A stretch of 64,000 nt of DNA from Mobula hypostoma (Eukaryota): NCBI RefSeq assembly GCF_963921235.1, contig NC_086108.1, forward strand, positions 75,518,001 through 75,582,000. Reading direction: 5' to 3'. Below are positions 37,037-48,230 of the stretch, in pieces. Numbering within the stretch: position 1 is the first letter of the stretch; each line of letters opens with the position of its first letter. The notes beneath the pieces were generated by a model. It ran no database searches, was not told where the DNA came from, and saw only the letters and a list, made by a program, of their open reading frames with translations. Made by a program: the position numbers and the translations under genes.

Positions 37037-39433
37037 CCAAACAAAGGGACCTTGGGGGTCCAAGTACATTTCTCTCTGAAAGTGACACACTCAGTCAAAA
37101 AGGGTGGTGAAAGAAGCATATACTTCATAGGTTGAGGCATAAAATATTAACGTTAGACACTGGAGCATGGAGTCCAGTTCTGCTTACCACACTATTGGAA
37201 GGGTGTGGTTGCACTGCAGATTGCAGAGGAAGTTTGCCATGCTGTTGTCTGGATTGTTCAGTTTAGTTATGTAGAGAGTTTGGATAGGCTGGGATTGTTT
37301 TCCATGAAGTGAAGGAGGCAGAGGAATTTGATCAGTTACAAGAAGCATATACCGCATAGGGCAGAAAGTCAGAATCTTATCCTATGGTAGGTGTATCAAA
37401 AACAAATTGATTATATTTGCGGCTCTTCAGCACTCTAAAGCAGGTAATTAGTTCTTTGATGAATTCTCCACTAGTCCTGTCCGGCAGTAGGAGTGGGTAG
37501 ACAGTGACAAGTGCAACTCCATCCCTTTCTATTTCAAACTGCAACAAACTTCTTATTTAGATCTGTACATGAGAATTGACCTCATATCTGAAACATATGT
37601 GGAATTCAGCTGCTTCCACAGGGAGCTTGTAGTTCAAGCCTCATGTAGTTAAAACCCAAGGCCCCATTCAGGACTACCTCAGCCCCAAGAAACAAACTAT
37701 TTTTTTACCCTTGAAACCTTCTCTTTGATCCTTCTCTTTAAAATTGCTTTGGGACTTATCTCAAGCCAGATCTTTAATATAAAATTGTTTTGAACACCCA
37801 AAAGACATGATCCTTCAAATATTTTTTTTCTTTTTGCCCGACTGATTTCAAAACAATTAAGCCAAAACGATACTGAATTATCAAGACTGATATATTGACA
37901 ATGTCATAATGTTAGTATATCTTGTAGAAAGTATTTCCAATTTATGGAGAATGAAAGTGAAATGCTTCTTTCCTCTTACCAACATTTAACATTTATTTAG
38001 TATGTCTTTCTGCACAGGGACATCATATCCAAGCAAGAAAGAGCAGCAGTGGGCCAAACTGTCCATTGTACATAAAAATCACATCAATGTAATGGTGGCC
38101 ACTTTACATCAAATCTATATTTTCATCCCAATCTCAAACGTTCTTGATCACTGACTTTCTTGATTCAAAAACATTTCAGCCTTGGGTACACTCAGTGACT
38201 GACTATCAACACCCTTGAGATGAAAATTCATAAGATTTCCAACAGTCTGAGAAAGAAATTTCTCATTTCAGACTAAAATGGAAAACCTCTTTCCTTTGGA
38301 TTAGGGCATCCACTTGGAAGGAGCATCCTTACAACATCTACCTTGACATTTGCACATTGATGAAAAGTAGATATTGTAAGAACATTCAGAACCTTCAGAA
38401 ACTTCAGAATCCTGTGCACACACGCAAGTGAATTAAATCTATAAACAGCACTACATTTTAAGTAGTAAGCTCTACAACTTAAGTAATTCAGGCAATATAG
38501 AGTTTCTTTATTATAGAGAAATTCACACATCTACCCATGCACAAACATAAATATAAGCTTAGAAGTCTGAATGTTTTATGAGTTCTTGACAGAAAGCAAT
38601 TGGCCCAAGTTCTAAATATGAAGCTGCCTGTACCATCACCACTTCACAGAGGAGAACAGTTGAACATAAGAGTATAAAATGTACATTATTGGGCCCCTTC
38701 ACTTGGCCCCTGTCAATTTGTTAGGAAGAAAACAGTAAGCAGAGCAGTTATCCTCCTGCAGACATCTATCAGCCATCCTACTCCTTTATAAAGGGCAGCC
38801 AGTGGTTTCATGGACAATCCAGACTCTTCAACAGTCCTGTCAAACACAGATAACAGATCCATTTGTTACTTGGAACCATTTCCAAATTTATTTGTAATTA
38901 CAAAAGTGGTAACATCTGTTTCTCAGCAAATAGCAACATTTGTCTCATGGATCAACTTGAAATGGAATACTTATTACTTCTAACTTCCCACTGTCTCCAG
39001 TAAAACTGAATGAGAGTTCAATAAAAATTAAGACAAGAGACTATCACTCTCCAAGGTAGGTCAATACAATGTGTCCTTTTGGCAAACTAGAGGGAGAAGC
39101 CTCTGTGAATGCAAACCATGAGGCAGAAGTGTGCATATTTAAATGTGACTGGTTTTGCATGTGCACTGTAACCTATTAAACATTTACACTTTATTGCTTG
39201 CATTTAATATTTGGACAGTGGGAGGAGCGAGTCATTGGTGGCCCTTAGCAAACAATATGCTTTAACTGACAATCACAAGAACAGGTGTACAATTCCGTAT
39301 TTAGCAGTGTTCCTATGTATTTAAAGTTCTGTGTAAATAATTAGAATCTTACCTCTTCTCTAAACTCAAGTCAGTCACCAGTCAAAGTTGCTGGTGAACG
39401 CAGCAGGCCAAGCAGCATCTGTAGGAAGAGGTG

Positions 39434-39471
39434 CAGTCGACGTTTCAGGCTGAGACCCTTCGTCAGGACTA
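39434..39471 (-). ncRNA. Minimal type I hammerhead ribozyme motif
   Basis: Minus strand UAGUC CUGACGA AGGGUCUCAGCCU GAAA CG UC GACUG; core and stems I and II intact; activity is inferred. Confidence 0.75.
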
Positions 39472-39765
39472 ACTGAAGGAAGAGTGAGTAAGGGATTTGA
39501 AAGTTGGAGGGGGAGGGGGAGATCCAAAATGATAGGAGGAGGGGGAGGGATAGAGTCAAGAGCTGGACAGGTGATAGGCAAAAGGGGATACGAGAGGATC
39601 ATGGGACAGGAGGTCCGGGAAGAAAGACGGGGTGGGGGGGACCCAGAGGATGGGCAAGAGGTATATTCAGAGGGTCAGAGGGACAGAGGGAGAAAAAGGA
39701 GAGTGAGAGAAAGAATGTGTGCATAAAAATGAGTAACAGATGGGGTACGAGGGGGAGGTGGGGCC

Positions 39766-41010
39766 TTAGCGGAAGTTAGAGAAGTCGATGTTCATGCCAT
39801 CAGGTCGGAGGCTACCCAGACGGAATATAAGGTGTTGTTCCTCCAACCTGAGTGTGGCTTCATCTTTACAATAGAGGAGGCCGTGGATAGACATGTCAGA
39901 ATGGGAATGGGATGTGGAATTAAAATGTGTGGCCACTGGGAGATCCTGATTTCTCTGGTGGACAGAGTGTAGATGTTCAGCAAAGCGGTCTTCCAGTCTG
40001 TGTCGGGTCTCGCCAATATATAAAAGGCCACATCGGGAGCACCGGACGCAGTATATCACCCCAGTCGACTCACAGGTGAAGTGTTGCCTCACCTGGAAGG
40101 ACTGTTTGGGGCCCTGAATGGTGGTAAGGGAGGAAGTGTAAGGGCATGTGTAGCACTTGTTCCGCTTACGCGGATAAGTGCCAGGAGGGAGATCAGTGGG
40201 GAGGGATGGGGGGGACGAATGGACAAGGGAGTTGTGTAGGGAGTGATCCCTGCGGAATGCAGAGAGATACGGGGAGGGAAAGATGTGCTTAGTGGTGGGA
40301 TCCTGTTGGAGGTGGCGGAAGTTACGGAGAATAATATGTTGGACCCGGACGCTGGTGGGGTGGTAGGTGAGGACCAGGGGAACCCTATTCCTAGTGGGGT
40401 GGCGGGAGGATGGAGTGAGAGCAGATGTACGTGAAATGGGGGAGATGCGTTTAAGAGCAGAGTTGATAGTGGAGGAAGGGAAGCCCCTTTCTTTAAAAAA
40501 GGAAGACATCTCCCTCGTCCTAGAATGAAAAACCTCATCCTGAGAGCAGATGCAGTGGAGACGGAGGAATTGCAAGAAGGGGATGGCGTTTTTGCAAGAG
40601 ACAGGGTGAGAAGAGGAATAGTCCAGATAACTGTGAGAGTCAGTAGGCTTATAGTAGACATCAGTGGATAAGCTGTCTCCAGAGACAGAGACAGAAAGAT
40701 CTAGAAAGGGGAGGGAGGTGTCGGAAATGGACCAGATAAACTTGAGGGCAGGGTGAAAGTTGGAGGCAAAGTTAATAAAGTCAACGAGTTCTGCATGCGT
40801 GCAGGAAGCATCGCCAATGCAGTCGTCGATGTAGCGAAGGAAAAGTGGGGGACAGATACCAGAATAGGCACGGAACATAGATTGTTCCACAAACCCAACA
40901 AAAAGGCAGGCATAGCTAGGACCCATACGGGTGCCCATAGCTACACCTTTAGTTTGGAGGAAGTGGGAGGAGCCAAAGGAGAAATTATTAAGAGTAAGGA
41001 CTAATTCCGC
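39766..41010 (-). CDS. PLE RT C-terminal half plus Cys linker plus GIY-YIG endonuclease (5'-truncated, open frame)
   Basis: QTKGVAMGTRMGPSYA, FLRYIDD, LPFLDL, VYYKPT, KCYTCP, VIYCVRCSRCGLLYIGET, PDGMN. Confidence 0.9.
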   Translation of the reverse strand, partial: AELVLTLNNFSFGSSHFLQTKGVAMGTRMGPSYACLFVGFVEQSMFRAYSGICPPLFLRYIDDCIGDASCTHAELVDFINFASNFHPALKFIWSISDTSLPFLDLSVSVSGDSLSTDVYYKPTDSHSYLDYSSSHPVSCKNAIPFLQFLRLHCICSQDEVFHSRTREMSSFFKERGFPSSTINSALKRISPISRTSALTPSSRHPTRNRVPLVLTYHPTSVRVQHIILRNFRHLQQDPTTKHIFPSPYLSAFRRDHSLHNSLVHSSPPSLPTDLPPGTYPRKRNKCYTCPYTSSLTTIQGPKQSFQVRQHFTCESTGVIYCVRCSRCGLLYIGETRHRLEDRFAEHLHSVHQRNQDLPVATHFNSTSHSHSDMSIHGLLYCKDEATLRLEEQHLIFRLGSLRPDGMNIDFSNFR

Positions 41011-41052
41011 TAATTAAGAGTAAGGACTAATTCCATTGTCCATTGACAACTC

Positions 41053-43962
41053 GCCTGAAGGCTTTATGTGTCAATGCAAGGAGCATTCATAATAAGGTGG
41101 ATGAACTGAAAGTGCAGATTGTTATTAATGATTATGATATAGTTGGGATCACAGAGACATGGCTCCAGGGTGACCAGGGATGGGAGCTCAACGTTCAGGG
41201 ATATTCAATATTCAGGAGGGATAGACATGAAGGAAGGGGAGGTGGGGTGGCGTTGCTGGTTAAAGAAGAGATTAACGCAATAGAAAGGAAGGACATAAGC
41301 CGGGAAGATGTGGAATCGATATGGGTAGAGCTGCGTAACACTAAGGGGCAGAAGACGCTGGTGGGAGTTGTGTACAGGCCACCTAACAGTAGTAGTGAGG
41401 TCGGAGATGGTATTAAACAGGAAATTAGAAATGTGTGCAATAAAGGAACAGCAGTTATAATGGGTGACTTCAATCTACATGTAGACTGGGTGAACCAAAT
41501 TGGTAATGGTGCTGAGGAAGAGGATTTCTTGGAATGTATGCGGGATGGTTTTTTGAACCAACATGTCGAGGAACCAACTAGAAAGCAGGCTATTCTGGAC
41601 TGGGTTTTGAGCAATGAGGAAGGGTTAATTAGCGATCTTGTCGTGAGAGGCCCCTTGGGTAAGAGTGACCATAATATGGTGGAATTCTTCATTAATATGG
41701 AGAGTGAGATAGTTAATTCAGAAACAAAGGTTCTGAACTTAAAGAGGGGTAACTTTGAAGGTATGAGACGTGAATTAACTAAGATAGACTGGCAAATGAC
41801 ACTTAAAGGATTGACGGTGGATATGCAATGGCAAGCATTTAAAGGTTGCATGGATGAACTACAACAATTGTTCATCCCAGTTTGGCAAAAGAATAAATCA
41901 AGGAAGGTAGTGCACCCGTGGCTGACAAGAGAAATTAGGGATAGTATCAATTCCAAAGAAGTAGCATACAAATTAGCCAGAGAAAGTGGCTCACCTGAGG
42001 ACTGGGAGAAATTCAGAGTTCAGCAGAGGAGGACAAAGGGCTTAATTAGGAAGGGGAAAAAAGATTATGAGAGAAAACTGGCAGAGAACATAAAAACGGA
42101 CTGTAAAAGCTTTTATAGATATGTAAAAAGGAAAAGACTGGTAAAGACAAATGTAGGTCCCCTGCAGACAGAAACAGGTGAATTGATTATGGGGAGCAAG
42201 GACATGGCAGACCAATTGAATAATTACTTTGGTTCTGTCTTCACTAAGGAGGACATAAATAATCTTCCAGAAATAGTAAGGGACAGAGGGTCCAGTGAGA
42301 TGGAGGAACTGAGTGAAATACATGTTAGTAGCGAAGTGGTGTTAGGTAAATTGAAGGGATTGAAGGCAGATAAATCCCCAGGGCCAGATGGTCTGCATCC
42401 CAGAGTGCTTAAGGAAGTAGCCCAAGAAATAGTGGATGCATTAGTGATAATTTTTCAAAACTCGTTAGATTCTGGACTAGTTCCTGAGGATTGGAGGGTG
42501 GCTAATGTAACCCCACTTTTTAAAAAAGGAGGGAGAGAGAAACCGGGGAATTATAGGCCGGTTAGCCTAACGTCGGTGGTGGGGAAACTGCTGGAGTCAG
42601 TTATCAAAGATGTGATAACAGCACATTTGGAAAGCGGTGAAATCATCGGACAAAGTCAGCATGGATTTGTGAAAGGAAAATCATGTCTGACGAATCTCAT
42701 AGAATTTTTTGAGGATGTAACTAGTAGAGTGGATAGGGGAGAACCAGTGGATGTGGTATATTTGGATTTTCAAAAGGCTTTTGACAAGGTCCCACACAGG
42801 AGATTAGTGTGCAAACTTAAAGCACACGGTATTGGGGGTAAGGTATTGGTGTGGGTGGAGAATTGGTTAGCAGACAGGAAGCAAAGAGTGGGAATAACCG
42901 GGACCTTTTCAGAATGGCAGGCAGTGACTAGTAGGGTACTGCAAGGCTCAGTGCTGGGACCCCAGTTGTTTACAATATATATTAATGACTTGGATGAGGG
43001 AATTAAATGCAGCATCTCCAAGTTTGCGGATGACACGAAGCTGGGTGGCAGTGTTAGCAGTGAGGAGGATGCTAAGAGGATGCAGGGTGACTTGGATAGG
43101 TTGGGTGAGTGGGCAAACTCATGGCAGATGCAATTTAATGTGGATAAATGTGAAGTTATCCACTTTGGTGGCAAAAATAGGAAAACAGATTATTATCTGA
43201 ATGGTGGCCGATTAGGAAAAGGGGAGGTGCAATGAGACCTGTGTGTCATTATACACCAGTCATTGAAAGTGGGCATGCAGGTACAGCAGCCGGTGAAAAA
43301 GGCGAATGGTATGCTGGCATTTATAGCGAGAGGATTCGAGTACAGGAGCAGGGAGGTACTACTGCAGTTGTACAAGGCCTTGGTGAGACCACACCTGGAG
43401 TATTGTGTGCAGTTTTGGTCCCCTAATCTGAGGAAAGACATCTTTGCCATAGAGGGAGTACAAAGAAGGTTCACCAGATTGATTCCTGGGATGGCAGGTC
43501 TTTCATATGAAGAAAGACTGGATGAACTGGGCTTGTACTCGTTGGAATTTAGAAGATTGAGGGGGGATCTGATTGAAACGTATAAGATCCTAAAGGGATT
43601 GGACAGGCTAGATGCGGGAAGATTGTTCCCGATGTTGGGGAGGTTCAGAACAAGGGGGCACAGTTTGAGGATAGAGGGGAAGCCTTTTAGGACCGAGATT
43701 AGGAAAAACTTCTTCACACAGAGAGTGGTGAATCTGTGGAATTCTCTGCCACAGCAAACTGTTGAGGCCAGTTCATTGGCTATGTTTAAGAGGGAGTTAG
43801 ATATGGCCCTTGTGGCTACAGGGGTCAGGGGGTATGGAGGGAAGGCTGGGGCGGGGTTCTGAGTTGGATGATCAGCCATGATCATAATAAATGGCGGTGC
43901 AGGCTCGAAGGGCCGAATGGCCTACTCCTGCACCTATTTTCTATGTTTCTATGTTTCTATGT
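41053..43962 (+). mobile_element. Young CR1 LINE, almost complete ORF2 (APE endonuclease plus RT) with one in-frame TGA at 43233
   Basis: NARSI, GITETW, VYRPP, GDFN, SDH (endonuclease); KSPGPDG, NYRPVSL, YLDFQKAFD, FADDTK (RT); (TTTCTATG)n tail; candidate TSD AACTC at 41048-41052 and 43963-43967. Confidence 0.95.
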
Positions 43963-44429
43963 AACTCCCTTGTCCATTCGTCCCCCCATCCCTCCCCACT
44001 GATCTCCCTCCTGGCACTTATCCGTGTAAGCGGAACAAGTGTTACACATGCCCTTACACTTCCTCCCTTACCACCATTCAGGGCCCCAAACAGTCCTTCC
44101 AGGTGGGGCAACACTTCACCTGTGAGTCGACTGGGGTGATATACTGCGTCCGGTGCTCCCGATGTGGCCTTTTATATATTGGCGAGACCCGACACAGACT
44201 GGGAGACCCCTTTGTTGAACATCTACACTCTGTCCGCCAGAGAAAGCAGGATCTCCCAGTGGCCACACATTTTAATTCCACATCCCATTCCCATTCTGAT
44301 ATGTCTATCCACGGCCTCCTCTACTGTAAAGATGAAGCCACACTCAGGTTGGAGGAACAACACCTTATATTCCGTCTGGGTAGCCTCCAACCTGATGGCA
44401 TGAACATCGACTTCTCTAACTTCCGCTAA
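43963..44429 (+). pseudogene. PLE GIY-YIG domain fragment (inverted duplicate arm)
   Basis: HFTCESTGVIYCVRCSRCGLLYIGETRHRL...QPDGMNIDFSNFR. Confidence 0.9.
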
Positions 44430-44723
44430 GGCCCCACCTCCCCCTCGTACCCCATCTGTTACTCATTTTTATGCACACATTCTTTCTCTCACTCTCCTTT
44501 TTCTCCCTCTGTCCCTCTGAATATACCTCTTGCCCATCCTCTGGGTCCCACCCCCCCTTGTCTTTCTTCCCGGACCTCCTGTCCCATGATCCTCTCGTAT
44601 CCCCTTTTGCCTATCACCTGTCCAGCTCTTGGCTCTATCCTTTCCCCTCCTGTCTTCTCCTATCAATTTGGATCTCCCCCTCCCCCTCCAACTTTCAAAT
44701 CCCTTACTCACTCTTCCTTCAGT

Positions 44724-44761
44724 TAGTCCTGACGAAGGGTCTCGGCCTGAAACGTCGACTG
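44724..44761 (+). ncRNA. Minimal type I hammerhead ribozyme motif
   Basis: UAGUC CUGACGA AGGGUCUCGGCCU GAAA CG UC GACUG; predicted cleavage after 44756. Confidence 0.75.
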
Positions 44762-44947
44762 CACCTTTTCCTACAGATGCTGCTTGGCCTGCTGCATTCA
44801 CCAGCAACTTTGATGTGTGTTGCTTGAATTTCCAGCATCTGCAGAATTCCCGTTGTTTTCAGTCACCAGTGTCTAGTTTGCCCAAAAGCTGCCAGCAAGG
44901 TTTAAAGTACAAGTGTTAAAATGATTAATAATGCTTATATCCAAAGA

Positions 44948-45092
44948 TATCTTACATCTTATGCTCTGAAGAAGGGTCCCAGCTCAAAATGTTGGCTGTT
45001 TGTTCATTTCCACAGATGTTGCCTGACCTGCTGAGTTCCTCCCGCAGTTTATGTATGTGGCTTTGGTTTTCCAGCATCTGCAGAATCTCTCG
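44948..45092 (+). mobile_element. Short PLE terminal-repeat insertion starting at a decayed hammerhead
   Basis: CTGAAGAAGGGTCCCAGCTCAAAATGTT...CCAGCATCTGCAG; direct repeat TGCTTATATCCAAAGA at 44932-44947 and 45093-45108. Confidence 0.8.
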
Positions 45093-45181
45093 TGCTTATA
45101 TCCAAAGACAGTTTTAATGAAAGATGTTATGATATCAGCTCATTACCATCTTGATTGCCATCTTAACACTAATTTGAGCCA

Positions 45182-45790
45182 CACACATCAAAGTTGCTGG
45201 TGAACGCAGCAGGCCAGGCAGCATCTCTAGGAAGAGGTACAGTCAACATTTTGGGCTGAGACCCTTCGTCAGGACTAACTGAAGGAAGAGTTAGTAAGAG
45301 ATTTGAAAGTGGGAGGGGGAGGGGGAGATCCGAAATGATAGGAGAAGACAGGAGGGGGAGGGATGGAGCCGAGAGCTGGACAGGTGATTGGCAAAAGGGG
45401 ATACAAGAGGATCATGGGACAGGAGGCCTAGGGAGAAGGAAAAAGGGGGAGGGGGGGAAAACCCAGAGGATGGGCAAGGGGTATAGTCAGAGGGACAGAG
45501 AGAGAGAGAGAGAGGGAGAGAAAGAATGTGTGTATATAAATAAATAACAGATGGAGTACGAGGGGAAGGTGGGGCATTAGCAGAAGTTAGAGAAGTCAAT
45601 GTTCATGCCATCAGGTTGGAGGCTACCCAGACGGAATATAAGCTCTTCCTTCAGTTAGTCCTGACGAAGGGTCTCAGCCCGAAACGTTGACTGTACCTCT
45701 TCCTAGAGATGCTGCCTGGCCTGCTGCGTTCACCAGCAACTTTAATGTGTGTTGCTTGAACTTCCAGCATCTGCAGAATTCCTCGTGTTT
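45182..45790. mobile_element. Small inverted PLE (minus arm 45182-45641, plus arm 45642-45790)
   Basis: Terminal inverted repeats of about 110 bp; perfect 14-bp TSD ACTAATTTGAGCCA at 45168-45181 and 45791-45804. Confidence 0.9.
45656..45693 (+). ncRNA. Minimal type I hammerhead ribozyme motif
   Basis: UAGUC CUGACGA AGGGUCUCAGCCC GAAA CG UU GACUG. Confidence 0.7.
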
Positions 45791-46049
45791 ACTAATTTGA
45801 GCCAAGTGCTTGGCGGTAGGTCTGTATATGCTGAGATCAGACAGAAATCCCACCTGTTTAGCTCCCTTAAAGTAATTTAGTTTTATTCATGTTAAACTTA
45901 GGTAATAGCATAAAAACCTCAACAAAACTTGCAATCAAATTGCTTATCATATCTCATGATTTTAAATAGAGACTATTGCAGTATAGGAAAGTTTTTGCAA
46001 CTTTTATTTTAAACCTTTATAATTTCAAGATCACTGGTTTATTAAATAG

Positions 46050-46670
46050 ATCAAAAATTGCATTAGGACCACAGAAGAGGAATAGTTCATGGAATGTTCA
46101 GAATCCTGATAGCAGAGGGAAGAAAGCTGATCCTAAAACATTGAGTGTGCATCTTTAGGCTCTTGTACTTCCTCCCTGATGAGAATAATGAGAAGGAGGT
46201 ATGTCCTGGATGATTATGGTGCTTAATGATGGATGCTGCCTTTTGAAGATGTCCTCGGTGGTAGGGGCAGAGGGGAGGGACTTTGCCCATGATAGAGCTG
46301 TTTGAGTCTACAACCCACTGTGGCCTGTAACAATCATTGGCATTGGAACCTCCATGCCGTGGTGCAGCCAGTCAGAATCCTCTCCATAGTACACCAGTAG
46401 AAACTTACTAGAATCTTTCATTACATATCAAATCTCCTCAAACCCTTGATCAAGTAGAGCTGCTGGTGTGCCTTCTTCATGGTTGTAACAATATGTTGGG
46501 CCCAGGACAGATCTTCTGAGACGTTGAAGCCCAGGAACTTGAAGCTGATCACCCTTTCCACTCCAGCGCCCTCAGTGAGGACTGGTGTGTGCTCTTCAGA
46601 GCTCCTCTTCCTGAACTTCACAATCTATTTCTTGGTCTTGCAGTTGTTTAATCAACCAGTCAATTTCCTA
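46050..46670 (-). mobile_element. Degenerate Rex1/Babar 3' fragment
   Basis: VERVISFKFLG.N.SEDLSW, KKAHQQLY, HPGHTSFSLFSSGRKYKSL. Confidence 0.8.
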
Positions 46671-46671
46671 A

Positions 46672-48230
46672 CCAACACACACAAAATGCTAGAGGAACTG
46701 AACAGGTCAGGCACTATCTATGGAAATGAATAAGCAGTTGACATTTCAGGCCGAAGCCCTTCTTCAGGATTGAAATGGAAGGAGAAGACACCAGAATAAA
46801 AAGGTGGGGGAGAGGAAGGACACTAGCTAGAAGGTGATAGGTGACGCCAAGTGGGTGGAAAGGTCAAGGGCTGGAGAAGAAGGAATCTGATAGGAGAGGA
46901 GAGGGCACTATAGGAGAAAGGGAAGGAGGAGGGAACCCAGGGGGAAGTGATAGGCAGCTGAGGAGAGGTAAAAGGCCAGAGTGGGAAATAGAAGAAGACG
47001 GGAAAGGGAGGGAATTTTTTTTTATTGGAAGAAAAAGTCAATATTCATGCCATCAGGTTGGAGTCTACCCAGATGGAATATAAGGTTTTGTTCCTCAACC
47101 CTGAATGTGGCCTCAGCTTGGCACAAGAGGAGGCCATGGACAACATGTCAGAACAGGAATGGGAATCAGAAAGTGTTTGACTGCTGGGAAATCCCACTTT
47201 TGGCTTTCGGTAGGTGCAGCGGAGGTGCTCAATGATTCCCCCAATTTCCGAAGGGTCTCACCAATGTGGAGGAGGCCACATCGGGAGCGCTGGACACAAC
47301 AAGATGACCCCGGCAGATTCACAAGTGAAGTGTTCCCTCACCTGGAAGGGCTGCTTGGGACCATGAATAGAGGTTAGAGAGTAGGTGACTGGGCATGTGT
47401 AGTATTTCTGCTGCTTGCAGGATTAAGTGTCAGGAGGCAGAGTAGTTGGAAAAGACGAATGGACAGTGAAATCACAGTGGGAGTGATCCCTGCAGAAAGT
47501 GGCGGGGGGGGCGCGATGGGAGAGGTAAAGATATATTTGGTGGGAGGATCCCTTTGGAGATGGCAGAAGTTGCAAAGGATGATGTGTTGTATGCGGAGGC
47601 TTAACGGGTGGTAGGTAAGGAAAAAGGGAATTCTCACTGTTTCGGTGGCGAGAAGATGGGGGAAGGATGTTTGGGAAATGGAGGAGATGCAGCTAAGGGC
47701 AGTATCAATAGTGGTGGAAGGGAAATCCTGTTCTTTGAAGAAGAAGGACACCTCGGATGTCCTGGAAAGGAAGCCCACGTCCTGGGAACAGATACAGCAG
47801 AGGCAAAGAAACTGAGAAAAGGGAATAACATTTTTACAGGAGACAAGGTGGGAAGAACTATAGTCAAAGTAACCATGGGAATCGGTAGTTTTATAAAAGA
47901 TGTGGGTTAACAGTTTGTCTCCAGAGATGGAGAGAGAGAGATTGAGAAAAGGGAGGGAGATGTCAGAAGTAGACCAAGTGAACTTAAGGACAGAGTGGAA
48001 GATAGAGGCAAAGTTGATGAAATTGACGTGCTAAGCATGGGTGCATGAAGCAGTACCAATGCAGTCATCCATGTAATGGAGGAAGAGTTGAGAAGTATTA
48101 CCGGCAAAGGCTTCAAACATAGACTGTTCTATTTAGCCAACAAAGAGGCAGGCATAACTAGGGCTCATGTGGATGCCCATGACTACTCTTCAAGTCTGGA
48201 GAATGTGGGAGGAGCAGCAGAAAAAATTGT
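46672..48230 (-). mobile_element. Older degenerate PLE (RT and GIY-YIG remnants)
   Basis: CGLLHIGETLRKLG and LTYHPLSLRIQHIIL, colinear with 39400-40990; hammerhead remnant at 46734-46771. Confidence 0.85.

Larger units (their letters stand above)
35225..37400 (+). mobile_element. Degenerate CR1 remnant interrupted by the Rex1 insertion
   Basis: SKFMDATKVGG...LQEIDQLESW before 35440; CAAAGGGACCTTGGGG continuation after 37036. Confidence 0.65.
39383..44858. mobile_element. Inverted Neptune-type Penelope-like element (minus arm 39383-41012, plus arm 43963-44858) with nested CR1
   Basis: Arms are reverse complements over about 850 bp; 12-bp TSD TCAGTCACCAGT at 39371-39382 and 44859-44870. Confidence 0.9.

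Noticed and set aside
41195..41971. 258-aa antisense ORF and similar antisense ORFs over LINEs (10519, 33261, 43193)
   Set aside because: Shadow frames of RT coding sequence with no independent motifs
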